Positions 53,663 through 62,860 of a stretch of DNA of 64,000 nt are shown here, piece after piece. The stretch comes from Candidatus Poriferisodalaceae bacterium. Lineage in GTDB: Bacteria > Actinomycetota > Acidimicrobiia > Acidimicrobiales > Poriferisodalaceae. The position numbers and the translations under genes were made by a program. Numbering within the stretch: position 1 is the stretch's first letter; every line of letters starts with the position of its first letter. Location of the stretch: contig OZ242183.1 of NCBI GenBank assembly GCA_965205925.1, positions 1,148,641 through 1,212,640 on the forward strand, written 5' to 3'. Under the pieces are notes generated by a model. The model did not search any database and was not told the origin of the DNA. It was given only the letters and a program-made list of their open reading frames with translations.

Positions 53663-55900
53663 CCCGATTGGACAACAACCAGAATCGCATTGGTCTGGTC
53701 GCGCGCCAAGCTCTCCCATAGCGGGGCGATCGTTTCGCAGGCTGGCTGCCTCTTCGATTAGGTCAACCAGACCACCCACAAACAATGGATGAGTGCCGAC
53801 GGTTTTTGCTCGAACCATCGTTAGGTGATTGCGTGCAGCGATCGTGCGAGCCACTGTGTCGAGGTCGTGCACTACCTCCATGTGGTCGGCTACGAATCCC
53901 AATGGCACGACCAAGACGCCGGTATTGACGATTGCTTCCTTGTCTGCACCGATGGCTAGCTGAACGAGCCGGTCTCCGATATCGGGTTCAAGCCAAGGAG
54001 TGGATGCATGACCACTGCGGCTTTGGTAGGCAACCTCATATGGTCCGGTTAGTTCGGCTAGTTCTGCCACCGCTTTGGCCGCGTCTTGTAGCTGTCTCTC
54101 GTAGTCGCATTCCGCAGCCATCGATAAAGGCAGACTGTGGGCGGTGAAGATCGTGGGAGCATCTGATGACAGCTCCGCGCCACGGCGAGCTTCAACCACT
54201 CGTTGCGCCATAGCGCCGATAAAGCCTGGATGATTGTGGAACACTCGAACTCGCGTAACAGCTGGAGCGACATTGAGTTCTGCGCTGGCTATTGCTATGT
54301 CTTCGTGGTATTGCCGGCAGCCTGAGTAGGAGCTAAATGCGGAAGTAACAATGCAAACAGCGTTGGTGTGCTGGTTGGCAGCCATTTCAGTCATGGTCTT
54401 AGCCAGGAATGGGTACCAGTTGCGATTACCCAGATAAACCGGCACGTCATAGCCGCGCTGGTTGAGCGTTTCGCGTAAGGCTTCAACTAGTGCGCGATTG
54501 TGTCGTCCGATTGGGCTAACCCCGCCGTGGCGCAAATATTGTGCTGCAACCTTGGCCAGTCGTTGTGCGGGCACGTCTCGACCTTGAGTGACATTTTCTA
54601 AGAAAGGTGTTACATCATCGGGACCTTCGGGACCACCGAACGAGAGCAGTAAGACCGAGTCGAAGTCACCGATTTTGGTAATTGGTGCCGTGCCGCTACC
54701 GACTATTGCCGCGGGCTTATGGCGTCGACTCAATATCTCTGCCAGTAACAAAACTGGCAGAGTTGCTACCGAGATCCACAAGGCTGTCTCGATTACCGTG
54801 TTGTAGCCGCGTTGATCAATCAATTCGCCCGCTATTGGCGGACCGATTAATCCACCAAAAGCTGCTGCGGTATATAGAGCACCTAAGACTCCGCCTAAGC
54901 CGACCGGCCCAAACATTTGCGCTGCTACGGCCGGAGATAAGGCAATAAAGCCGCCGTAACCCACTCCGATAACCATCGTAAATATCACCAGTTGCCCAAA
55001 GTTGCCGTCGGCATATAGCCAGATCAAAAAGCTGCCAGCGAGGATGGCGAACGCAAGCTGGTACAGGCGCATCAATGAAAGCTGCGCTCCGAGTGCACCG
55101 AACCCCAGCCGCCCGACGATGCTCGCAGCACCAATAAGACCGATCAATAACGCTCCCCGTTCGGATCCGTATCCCTCCAGGTAGTCGTCCAAGTAAACGA
55201 ACGGGACGAACAGAGAAAGAGTCAGCAAAAAGGCTGCGACATACAACATAAAGAAGCGGCCATTGGAGATGAGTTTCCAAAGAGTTGGCAGAGGCCCAGG
55301 GTTTGCTGAGGCTGGTGGCCGTTTTGCACCGAAGCTTGCGATCACTAACAATGCGCCAGCGACTATGGCGATTATCACGTAGCCGGTGCGCCAGCCGTAT
55401 GCGTTGATTAGTGCTTTAGAGCTTGGCGCTCCGATCAGGGTTCCTAGTCCAATGCCTGCTACCGCTACACCTAAGGCGGATGAACGGTGTTTCTCAAACC
55501 AGGCGCCAACCACTGCAACCATCGGCACGTAAGCACATGCCACACCAATGCCTACTCCCGTGCCGTAGGTGATGTAGCCGATCCAAATCTCGGTAACCCG
55601 AGAGGTGATTAACAAGGAAGCCACCAGCACTGCGGCCCCAAACAGCAGTACCGGTCGCGGTCCAAAACGGTCGGCCAACCGTCCGGTGATTACACCGAGC
55701 ATGAAATAAACGAATGTGGTGATGGCAAACAGCAGTGCTACTTCGCTGTTGCTTACCCCAAATTCTTCACGTATTGCCGTGAAAAAAGCTCCAAAGCTGT
55801 AAGTCACGCCAAATACGGCGAAAGTTGACAGCATGGTGGCGAACACCACTACCCATCCGGCCGCGCTGTCGACACGATGCGATGCTGGTGAACTATTCAC
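53615..55900 (-). CDS. hemH: Fusion protein: N-terminal 12-TM MFS transporter (OFA/MCT-like) + C-terminal ferrochelatase (HemH/CpfC type with Cys-rich tail)
   Basis: Residues 1 to about 400 are MFS (GRLADRFGPRP, about 12 TM). From ..DFDSVLLLSFGGPEGPDDVTPFLENV.. onward the sequence is ferrochelatase (TAHSLP, PWLEPD, C-terminal CDSGCCP). No stop and no ATG/GTG/TTG occurs in the 30-codon junction. Confidence 0.8.
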   Translation of the reverse strand: MNSSPASHRVDSAAGWVVVFATMLSTFAVFGVTYSFGAFFTAIREEFGVSNSEVALLFAITTFVYFMLGVITGRLADRFGPRPVLLFGAAVLVASLLITSRVTEIWIGYITYGTGVGIGVACAYVPMVAVVGAWFEKHRSSALGVAVAGIGLGTLIGAPSSKALINAYGWRTGYVIIAIVAGALLVIASFGAKRPPASANPGPLPTLWKLISNGRFFMLYVAAFLLTLSLFVPFVYLDDYLEGYGSERGALLIGLIGAASIVGRLGFGALGAQLSLMRLYQLAFAILAGSFLIWLYADGNFGQLVIFTMVIGVGYGGFIALSPAVAAQMFGPVGLGGVLGALYTAAAFGGLIGPPIAGELIDQRGYNTVIETALWISVATLPVLLLAEILSRRHKPAAIVGSGTAPITKIGDFDSVLLLSFGGPEGPDDVTPFLENVTQGRDVPAQRLAKVAAQYLRHGGVSPIGRHNRALVEALRETLNQRGYDVPVYLGNRNWYPFLAKTMTEMAANQHTNAVCIVTSAFSSYSGCRQYHEDIAIASAELNVAPAVTRVRVFHNHPGFIGAMAQRVVEARRGAELSSDAPTIFTAHSLPLSMAAECDYERQLQDAAKAVAELAELTGPYEVAYQSRSGHASTPWLEPDIGDRLVQLAIGADKEAIVNTGVLVVPLGFVADHMEVVHDLDTVARTIAARNHLTMVRAKTVGTHPLFVGGLVDLIEEAASLRNDRPAMGELGARPDQCDSGCCPIGLTATASSSTGRASKA

Positions 55901-55969
55901 AACGCTCCGCAGGGTAGTACTGGCCTAAAATCTTGACGGGTTCAGCTACAAAATTGAATAAAGGTAAAC

Positions 55970-56251
55970 ATGCGAGCCACTCTGAATAAGCAAACTGTGC
56001 AGACCCTTTCGACGGGCACGCAAGTCGACGAGAGAGTTGATAAATCCGAGAAGACCGTCAGCACCGGCGATGGTAGTGGTGACCACGACCGGTTTGCCCA
56101 CTACGTCAACAAGGTGGCACTAACCAAGTCGGCGCTAACGGGTAAGGCAGTGATTGCTCTTTGTGGCAAGAAGTGGGTACCAACGCGTGATGCTCAGAGG
56201 TATCCGGTGTGTCCGTCCTGTCGCGAAATCTACGAAAAGCTAGAGGCTTAG
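55970..56251 (+). CDS. DUF3039-like small actinobacterial protein
   Basis: DHDRFAHYV...AVIALCGKKWVPTRDAQRYPVCPSCREIYE matches my recollection of the DUF3039 pattern. Confidence 0.55.
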   Translation: MRATLNKQTVQTLSTGTQVDERVDKSEKTVSTGDGSGDHDRFAHYVNKVALTKSALTGKAVIALCGKKWVPTRDAQRYPVCPSCREIYEKLEA

Positions 56252-56706
56252 CTGGTTTTGCTGCCCGAAACCTTGAAGGTCAGGGTGGCTTTGGCAATGG
56301 TGTCGCCGAGCGCAGTCGTTACCGCAGCTTCGCAAAACACTATTGAGCGTCCTCGCTTAGTTACCCAGCCAGCCGCTAGCAGGTCGCCTTCGGTAGCGGC
56401 ACCTAGATATTGCACGTTCATGTTGATGGTGCTGTAAGGCTGAGATTGGGTAAAAGCACTACCGACCGCGGGCACGCAGGCGGTATCTAGCAAGGTAGCC
56501 AGCACGCCGCCATGCACCACTCCACCGGCTTGCTTTAGCTCTGGTGCGATTGAGAGCTCGAGTCGGCAGTAATCCAGTCGCACCTCGGCGACGGTGATGC
56601 CCACAAGGTTTACAAACAGTTTTTGTGATGCTCGCCCATATCGCCTCCAACGTTGCGCAACTTCACCTTGCAAAGGTTGAAACTGATTTGGGTCAGGCAG
56701 AGCCAC
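56248..56706 (-). CDS. PaaI-family hotdog thioesterase
   Basis: GGVVHGGVLATLLDTA and the size of about 150 aa. Confidence 0.75.
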   Translation of the reverse strand: MALPDPNQFQPLQGEVAQRWRRYGRASQKLFVNLVGITVAEVRLDYCRLELSIAPELKQAGGVVHGGVLATLLDTACVPAVGSAFTQSQPYSTINMNVQYLGAATEGDLLAAGWVTKRGRSIVFCEAAVTTALGDTIAKATLTFKVSGSKTS

Positions 56707-56796
56707 TCGTCTGAGGCTAGGCGCGAAGGTTTTGGTGTGTGATTGAGTTGCTGGCGTCGGTTAAGTCGACAACGGCAAGCATTACCGTCAAACCCG

Positions 56797-59130
56797 GTGT
56801 CTAGGCAAAACGATTTTCCGCAGCTAAGCGCACGCACACAGCGCTTCACGTTGGGAGTGCCTCGCAATTTCACGATTACCGAAGACGGTCGTCACGTTAT
56901 TTTTTTACGTAGCAAAGGACACATAGATCCGATTAACTGCCTCTGGCAGATTGAGGTAGACACCGGCATAGAGCGATTGCTAGTTGATCCGCAAGAGCTG
57001 TGGCTAGCCGAAGAGGGCGGCGGCTCTGTGGTTGCGAGCGCTGAGCTTGCTCGTCGTGAGCGTGCGCGAGAATCCGCGCGAGGCATTGTTGCTTACAGCA
57101 CGGACAGTTCAGGTCGTGTATTGACTTTTACCTTGGGTGGTGAGCTGTTTGTCGCTGACGCAACCAACGCTGGTGAGATTCGACGGATTGACCTGACCTC
57201 GTTAGGTGACGGAGAAGACAACGCACTCGAAGCCGGTGTCTTTGATCCCCGCCTGTCGCCGGATGCGCGTCATGTCAGTTTTGTGGTGGGCAACTCTTTG
57301 TGGGTAGCGCCTGCTGCTGGCCAAGGCTTGGGCTGGCAGTTGTTACCGGTTACTAGTAAGTCGATTACTAGTAAGCCGATTACTAGTAAGCAAGGCATGC
57401 AAACCGTCTCGTGGGGTAGTGCGGAGTTCATAGCGGCCGAAGAAATGGGTCGCAACCGCGGTCACTGGTGGAGCCCTGATAGCGACGCTTTGGCGGTGGC
57501 ACGAGTTGATGTTTCGTCCGTCCAGCAATGGCACATCGCCGATCCGGCTAACCCAGACAAAGCGCCGCGGGTAATCAGATATCCCGCCGCGGGCACAACC
57601 AACGCTCTAGTTGAGCTTTATGTGGTGAAAATGACTACTCAGCAGACACCTCTAAAGGTGAACTGGGACACGGAGGCTTTCCCGTATCTTTGTGATGTCA
57701 ACTGGTCAGGCGCTTTTGGACTGACTCTGGTGCTACAGAGTCGAGATCAACGTGAAATGCGAATCCTGCTTGCCGATCCAGACACGGGTGAAACAAGCAT
57801 GATTGCAATGATCACCGATCCAGATTGGGTTGAAATAGTGCCTGGAGCACCCGCACACAGCCCCATCGGCTTACTTACCGTTGGCGAACATCACGTCACA
57901 AACAGTTACGGCGGTACTCGTGCCATCGCTCTAAATGGCGAGCCCATCACTTCGCCTGATGAATGGGTGCGGGCAATAGTGGGTGTCAGTTGGTCGGATA
58001 CGAATGGTCCCAAACCAGACGGAACCTCGCGAGAGGTTTCGAATCGAGTTGAAGTTGCCTATCTGTCTTCAGAGACTCAAGACAATGCCGGTTTATGCAG
58101 CATTGCCTTACGCAGTGTGACAATAAGCGCGGACGATCCGCCAGTAACGCTCACTCAGCGCACAGAGCTGAGCCAGCCAAACGGTGCGGCAGTTACAACA
58201 GCATTTACCAAAGCCGGGATCTGTGTTGTTGGCGAAGCATCTTTAGAAGATCTCACAAGGTTCACACTTCGTGACGGTCAAGGCGCCGAGCAGACAATCA
58301 CCTCATACGGAGCGGACCCGTTCGAAGCTTTGGGTTACGACAACATGAGCAAACCTTGGCAAGTTGAGATGTGCGTTGCTGGCGACACGGAAGTGCCCGT
58401 CGCTATTCTTTGGCCGCAACAGCCTTCAAACATGCCACTGCCTATCTTGCTCGACCCATACGGTGGTCCGGGCGCACAGCGAGTGCTGAATGCGCGCAAT
58501 ATGTACGCGCAATCCCAATGGTTCGCGAATCAGGGATATTGCGTAGTGATTGCTGATGGGCGTGGCACTCCCGCGCGCGGCGGCAGTTGGAGAAAGGTCA
58601 TCAAAGGCGACCTCGCTCGGTGCGCTTTGCAAGACCAGCTCACCGCCTTAGATTTCGTTCTCAAGAAGCACGCCAAACGAGTAGATCACGAGGCCGTAGC
58701 CATCAGAGGGTGGTCGTTTGGCGGTTACCTGGCAGCACTAGCCGTATTGCGTTGCCCCGAGCGTTTTCATGCAGCCATCGCGGGAGCGCCGGTCACAGAT
58801 TGGGCGCTCTACGACACGCATTACACCGAGCGTTATCTCGGCGAACCGAAAAAGAAGCCGGAAAACTATCGTCGTTCATCACTGTTAGAAGATCGTCCGG
58901 AAATTCAACGGCCAATCATGCTTATCCATGGCATGGCCGATGACAACGTGGTTGCAGCGCATACGTTGCAACTATCCAGCGTCTTGCTAGCAGCAGGCCA
59001 CCCTCATGAAGTGTTGCCCCTGACAGGCGTAACGCACATGACTCCGCAGCCGGTAGTGGCAGAAAATTTGTTGCTTGCTCAGTCAAAGTTCTTACGTCGC
59101 CAACTAGCCTTGAGGTTAGATGGGAGTTAG
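56797..59130 (+). CDS. S9-family dipeptidyl aminopeptidase / prolyl oligopeptidase (DPP IV N-terminal propeller + peptidase domain)
   Basis: Propeller region (WSPDSDALAV, YPAAGTTNA), catalytic GWSFGGY, and late D and H residues (HGMADDNV, GVTHM). The start is uncertain; the ORF begins at TTG 56743 and I prefer GTG 56797. Confidence 0.8.
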   Translation: MSRQNDFPQLSARTQRFTLGVPRNFTITEDGRHVIFLRSKGHIDPINCLWQIEVDTGIERLLVDPQELWLAEEGGGSVVASAELARRERARESARGIVAYSTDSSGRVLTFTLGGELFVADATNAGEIRRIDLTSLGDGEDNALEAGVFDPRLSPDARHVSFVVGNSLWVAPAAGQGLGWQLLPVTSKSITSKPITSKQGMQTVSWGSAEFIAAEEMGRNRGHWWSPDSDALAVARVDVSSVQQWHIADPANPDKAPRVIRYPAAGTTNALVELYVVKMTTQQTPLKVNWDTEAFPYLCDVNWSGAFGLTLVLQSRDQREMRILLADPDTGETSMIAMITDPDWVEIVPGAPAHSPIGLLTVGEHHVTNSYGGTRAIALNGEPITSPDEWVRAIVGVSWSDTNGPKPDGTSREVSNRVEVAYLSSETQDNAGLCSIALRSVTISADDPPVTLTQRTELSQPNGAAVTTAFTKAGICVVGEASLEDLTRFTLRDGQGAEQTITSYGADPFEALGYDNMSKPWQVEMCVAGDTEVPVAILWPQQPSNMPLPILLDPYGGPGAQRVLNARNMYAQSQWFANQGYCVVIADGRGTPARGGSWRKVIKGDLARCALQDQLTALDFVLKKHAKRVDHEAVAIRGWSFGGYLAALAVLRCPERFHAAIAGAPVTDWALYDTHYTERYLGEPKKKPENYRRSSLLEDRPEIQRPIMLIHGMADDNVVAAHTLQLSSVLLAAGHPHEVLPLTGVTHMTPQPVVAENLLLAQSKFLRRQLALRLDGS
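57346..57390. repeat. In-frame 15-nt tandem repeat x3 inside the S9 peptidase gene
   Basis: CCGGTTACTAGTAAG / TCGATTACTAGTAAG / CCGATTACTAGTAAG, encoding PVTSKSITSKPITSK. Confidence 0.9.
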
Positions 59131-60141
59131 GTGACCGCTACTCAAGTGAGGGTTCACGTTCCAGGCAATCACTTGATGGTGGGCGTTCTGGGTCAACGAG
59201 ATGAACATCTCAGAACGGTTGAGAGCCATTTTGCTGACTCCAAGATCCACGTTCGCGGCAACGAAATTTCTGTTACGGGAGAGCAAGCAGACGTTATTGG
59301 CCGAGTGTTTGAAGAAATCGTGCATGTTCTTGAGGCAGGGCAGCAACTTGATTCTGCGGTTGTGTCGAAGGTAATCGACATGGTTGAAGCGGACGAAAAC
59401 CCAAGTGAGATTTTGTCAAATCCAGTTCTGCGAGCCCCAAATGGGAGGCTGGTGCGCGCCAAGAGTGCTGGACAAATGAGCTATGTCGAAACCGTAAGGA
59501 GCAACGTCGTTACCTTTGCAATCGGTCCTGCCGGCACAGGCAAAACTTGGCTAGCGGTGGCGTTAGCAGTGGAAGCACTGGCAGCAAAACAGGTTCGCCG
59601 CATTGTGCTGACTCGGCCAGCGGTCGAAGCTGGAGAGCGCTTAGGGTTTTTACCGGGCGACCTGATGGCCAAGATTGATCCCTATCTAGCACCTCTTTAC
59701 GACGCGCTGTTTGACCTGCTCGACCAAGAGGTCGCTGAAAAGTACCTGGAACGCAAAGCCATAGAGGTAGCACCACTCGCGTTCATGCGCGGCCGCACTT
59801 TGCGAGACAGCTTCATAATCTTGGACGAAGGACAAAACACCACCCCAGAGCAGATGAAAATGTTTTTGACACGCATCGGCTCGGATTCCAAGGCAGTTAT
59901 TACCGGTGACCGAACACAGATAGATGTCGGTGGCAGTGCGAGTGGATTGCTTGATGCAGAACGATCGCTAAAAGGCATTGACGGAGTGGCGTTTGCAACA
60001 CTCACCGGCCGCGACATCACAAGGCATCGAGTAGTTAGAGACATCGTGGCCGCTTATGACCGCCGAGACGGCGCTCGAGAACGCACCAAAATGCGAAAAC
60101 GCGTCAAAGTAGATAACGAGCAAGGTGAGCGCGATCGCTAA
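59131..60141 (+). CDS. phoH: PhoH-like ATPase
   Basis: Walker A GPAGTGKT, ILDEGQNTT, and position before ybeY. Confidence 0.9.
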   Translation: MTATQVRVHVPGNHLMVGVLGQRDEHLRTVESHFADSKIHVRGNEISVTGEQADVIGRVFEEIVHVLEAGQQLDSAVVSKVIDMVEADENPSEILSNPVLRAPNGRLVRAKSAGQMSYVETVRSNVVTFAIGPAGTGKTWLAVALAVEALAAKQVRRIVLTRPAVEAGERLGFLPGDLMAKIDPYLAPLYDALFDLLDQEVAEKYLERKAIEVAPLAFMRGRTLRDSFIILDEGQNTTPEQMKMFLTRIGSDSKAVITGDRTQIDVGGSASGLLDAERSLKGIDGVAFATLTGRDITRHRVVRDIVAAYDRRDGARERTKMRKRVKVDNEQGERDR

Positions 60142-60703
60142 AGCAGATCGAACAGATCTAAAGGTGTTTGTAGAAAATCGACAAACCGATCTTGAGATTG
60201 ATCAAGACCGCTGTCAAAGGCTTTGCCAGGTGGCCTTACAAGAGCTACGTGCGAACTCTCAAGACTCGCATTCGAGCTCGCAAATCGAGGTCAACATCAC
60301 CTTCCTTGATCGCTCAGAGATGGCAGAGCTAAATCGTGAACATATGGGCTCTGAAGGAGCCACCGATGTTCTGGCATTTCCTTTATTACTTGGTGAAACA
60401 CCTGGCGAGATACTCGCCGATAAGCCCAATGAGGCAGCAAGCGTGCTGGCGGACGATCATCGTCACGTGCAACAAGAAGAACAAGTGTTGTTAGAAGACA
60501 TATTGCTAGGAGACATAGTGGTGTGCCCAAGCGTGGCACGAGATAACGCAACCGGCAGCGACCAGATAAAAACGGAAATAGATACCCTGATCGTTCATGG
60601 CCTGCTGCACCTGTTGGGCATGGATCATGCCCAACCCCTCGACGCAAAAGCGATGTTCAACCGCCAAGCCACCTTGCTAGATGCTTTTTGGAAGTGTGAA
60701 TGA
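60125..60703 (+). CDS. ybeY: rRNA maturation endoribonuclease YbeY
   Basis: HGLLHLLGMDH zinc motif. Confidence 0.9.
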   Translation: MSAIAKADRTDLKVFVENRQTDLEIDQDRCQRLCQVALQELRANSQDSHSSSQIEVNITFLDRSEMAELNREHMGSEGATDVLAFPLLLGETPGEILADKPNEAASVLADDHRHVQQEEQVLLEDILLGDIVVCPSVARDNATGSDQIKTEIDTLIVHGLLHLLGMDHAQPLDAKAMFNRQATLLDAFWKCE

Positions 60704-61962
60704 TCTGGGTGTTTAGCGCCATCGGACTGGCTGTCTTGCTGACAATCGCAACGCTGGCGCGGCTAACCGAAACCACCTTTGTGCGTCTCGGCCGCGCACG
60801 CGCGGCCGGACTTGATGATGCCGATGGAACAGCTGACACCAAGCACAGCCTCTCCAAGCTTGTTGACAATCGTGACGTAGTGCTCGGACCTGCCGCGGCT
60901 CTAAGCATTGGCGCCCAGGTAACAGCGGTAGCTGGAGTGGCGGTCGTCGTTGCTAACCGCAATGGGCGAGCCGCTTCGCTGTTGGCAACAGTAGGCATTG
61001 CGCTGTTGCTGTTGCTGGGTGAAGGGGTAGCACGTAGATGGGGAGTTGAAGCCAACGATCGCATAGCCCGCAGTCTTGCCAAACCTGCCCGAGCACTCCA
61101 ACGGTTATGGCCGCTAAGCCTTATGACGCGGTTGCTGTCATGGTTGGTTGGATTTTTTGGGCCACGCGCTCAAGCCGTGAGCACTTCTGACGTAGTCGAA
61201 CCTGAGTTGGTAGCGCTTGCAGAAGCTGCTGCTGAGGCACGCTTAATCGAAGATCACGAAGCCAATCTGATTGGCTCAATCATTGGGTTGGGCGACACTT
61301 TGGTGCGCGGTGTGATGGTGCCTCGCCCGGACATGAAAACAGTTTCACGTTCTGCGACGGTCGCGCAGGCACTTGAGTTTGTAGTTGAGACTGGCTATAC
61401 GCGTCTGCCTGTAACCGGTGAGGACACAGACGACATTATTGGTATTGCGCATGCCAAGGATCTGATCTCCGCACAACTACAGGGCGAATCGGAACGCCTG
61501 TGCTCTGAGGTAATGCGCGTAGCCACATTTGTGCCAGAGACCAAGCATGTGACACAACTAATGCATGAGATGCAAGACACCCAAACACATTTGGCGGTAG
61601 CGGTCGACGAATACGGTGGAACGGCAGGCTTGGTCAGCCTTGAAGACATCATCGAAGAACTGGTCGGTGAAATAATCGACGAGTTTGACTATGCCGACCC
61701 GTTGGTGCAAGAGCACAGTGATGGTTCCCTGCATTTATCTGCGCGCATGCCGGTAGCGCAGGTAGCCGAAGTGCTCAACATCGAGGTGCCAGAAGGCGAC
61801 TGGGAAACTCTCGGCGGACTAGTTCTTGATCTAGCGGGACACGTGCCTAAACCAGGGGACATTGTTGACTTGAATGGCACAGAACTGGTAACCGCAGAGG
61901 TTGACGGGCACCGTGTGCGTTCAGTGAAGGTAACCGCATCGGCACGCAAGCAAACCGACTAA
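60700..61962 (+). CDS. Hemolysin-family/CorC-type membrane protein (DUF21 + CBS pair + CorC_HlyC)
   Basis: N-terminal TM domain, CBS pair (VMVPRPDM...GYTRLPV..., HLAVAVDEYGGTAGLVSLEDIIEELVGEI), and the conserved operon context. Confidence 0.85.
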   Translation: MIWVFSAIGLAVLLTIATLARLTETTFVRLGRARAAGLDDADGTADTKHSLSKLVDNRDVVLGPAAALSIGAQVTAVAGVAVVVANRNGRAASLLATVGIALLLLLGEGVARRWGVEANDRIARSLAKPARALQRLWPLSLMTRLLSWLVGFFGPRAQAVSTSDVVEPELVALAEAAAEARLIEDHEANLIGSIIGLGDTLVRGVMVPRPDMKTVSRSATVAQALEFVVETGYTRLPVTGEDTDDIIGIAHAKDLISAQLQGESERLCSEVMRVATFVPETKHVTQLMHEMQDTQTHLAVAVDEYGGTAGLVSLEDIIEELVGEIIDEFDYADPLVQEHSDGSLHLSARMPVAQVAEVLNIEVPEGDWETLGGLVLDLAGHVPKPGDIVDLNGTELVTAEVDGHRVRSVKVTASARKQTD

Positions 61963-61990
61963 CCGTGATAACCAGACCAAATCTGAACCG

Positions 61991-62860
61991 GTGAAATCAG
62001 GCTTCGTAGCTCTTATGGGGCGACCCAATGCAGGCAAATCAACGCTGCTGAACTGCATCGTTGGTGAGAAGATCAGCATTGTCTCCAACAAGCCTCAAAC
62101 CACGCGCCGTCGGATAATGGGTGTGCTGCATAGGCCAGACATGCAGTTGGTGTTTGTAGACACACCCGGCATTCACAAACCCGTTACGACGCTGGGTGAA
62201 CGACTGAACCAAACCGCGCGCAGTGCACTAACTGACCTAGACGAGGTGGATGTGGCTTGTTTGGTGGTAAACGCACGCGCCCCGGTAGGTAACGGTGATC
62301 GTCAAGTTTGGGAAGCACTACCACCCAGCAGTGCAGTGGTGCTAACACAGTGCGACAAAGCGAAGCCACACGTCATAGCTGAGCAACTAAAAGCGCTAGC
62401 CGAATTTGATGCTGATACCTACTTTGCTGTATCAGGAGTTACCGGCGAAGGTGTTGAAGACCTGATCGGCTACCTAATGGCTCGCTTACCAGAGGGTCCG
62501 CCGTATTTTCCATCTGATCAACTAACCGATTTACCACCGGCTTGGCAGGTGGCAGAAGCGGTGCGCGAGGAGCTATTGCAGAGAGCTCGGCAGGAGTTGC
62601 CCTACAGCATTGCCACACGCATAACACATTGGGAGGGCAAGCACATTCGCTGTGAAATATTGGTGGAGAGAGATTCGCAGAAGGCAATGGTGATCGGCCA
62701 TAAGGGTGAAACACTGAAACAAGTGGGAATCGCCACACGCGAGAAACTAGGGCTGGACGACAGCTACCTGGAGCTAGTTGTGAGCGTCGAGCGAAATTGG
62801 CAACGCCGTGGTGAAATCATCGACCGCGTGCTGGATGTGAGTGGCCCAGACAGCGACTAG
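61991..62860 (+). CDS. era: GTPase Era
   Basis: GRPNAGKST, DTPG, TQCD (NKxD variant), and a KH domain (VIGHKGETLKQVG). Confidence 0.93.
   Translation: MKSGFVALMGRPNAGKSTLLNCIVGEKISIVSNKPQTTRRRIMGVLHRPDMQLVFVDTPGIHKPVTTLGERLNQTARSALTDLDEVDVACLVVNARAPVGNGDRQVWEALPPSSAVVLTQCDKAKPHVIAEQLKALAEFDADTYFAVSGVTGEGVEDLIGYLMARLPEGPPYFPSDQLTDLPPAWQVAEAVREELLQRARQELPYSIATRITHWEGKHIRCEILVERDSQKAMVIGHKGETLKQVGIATREKLGLDDSYLELVVSVERNWQRRGEIIDRVLDVSGPDSD

Noticed and set aside
60657-61082. 141-aa minus-strand ORF opposite the ybeY/CBS-domain genes
   Set aside because: It is an Ala/Ser/Thr/Arg-rich antisense frame, and the + strand genes belong to the highly conserved phoH-ybeY-corC-era operon.
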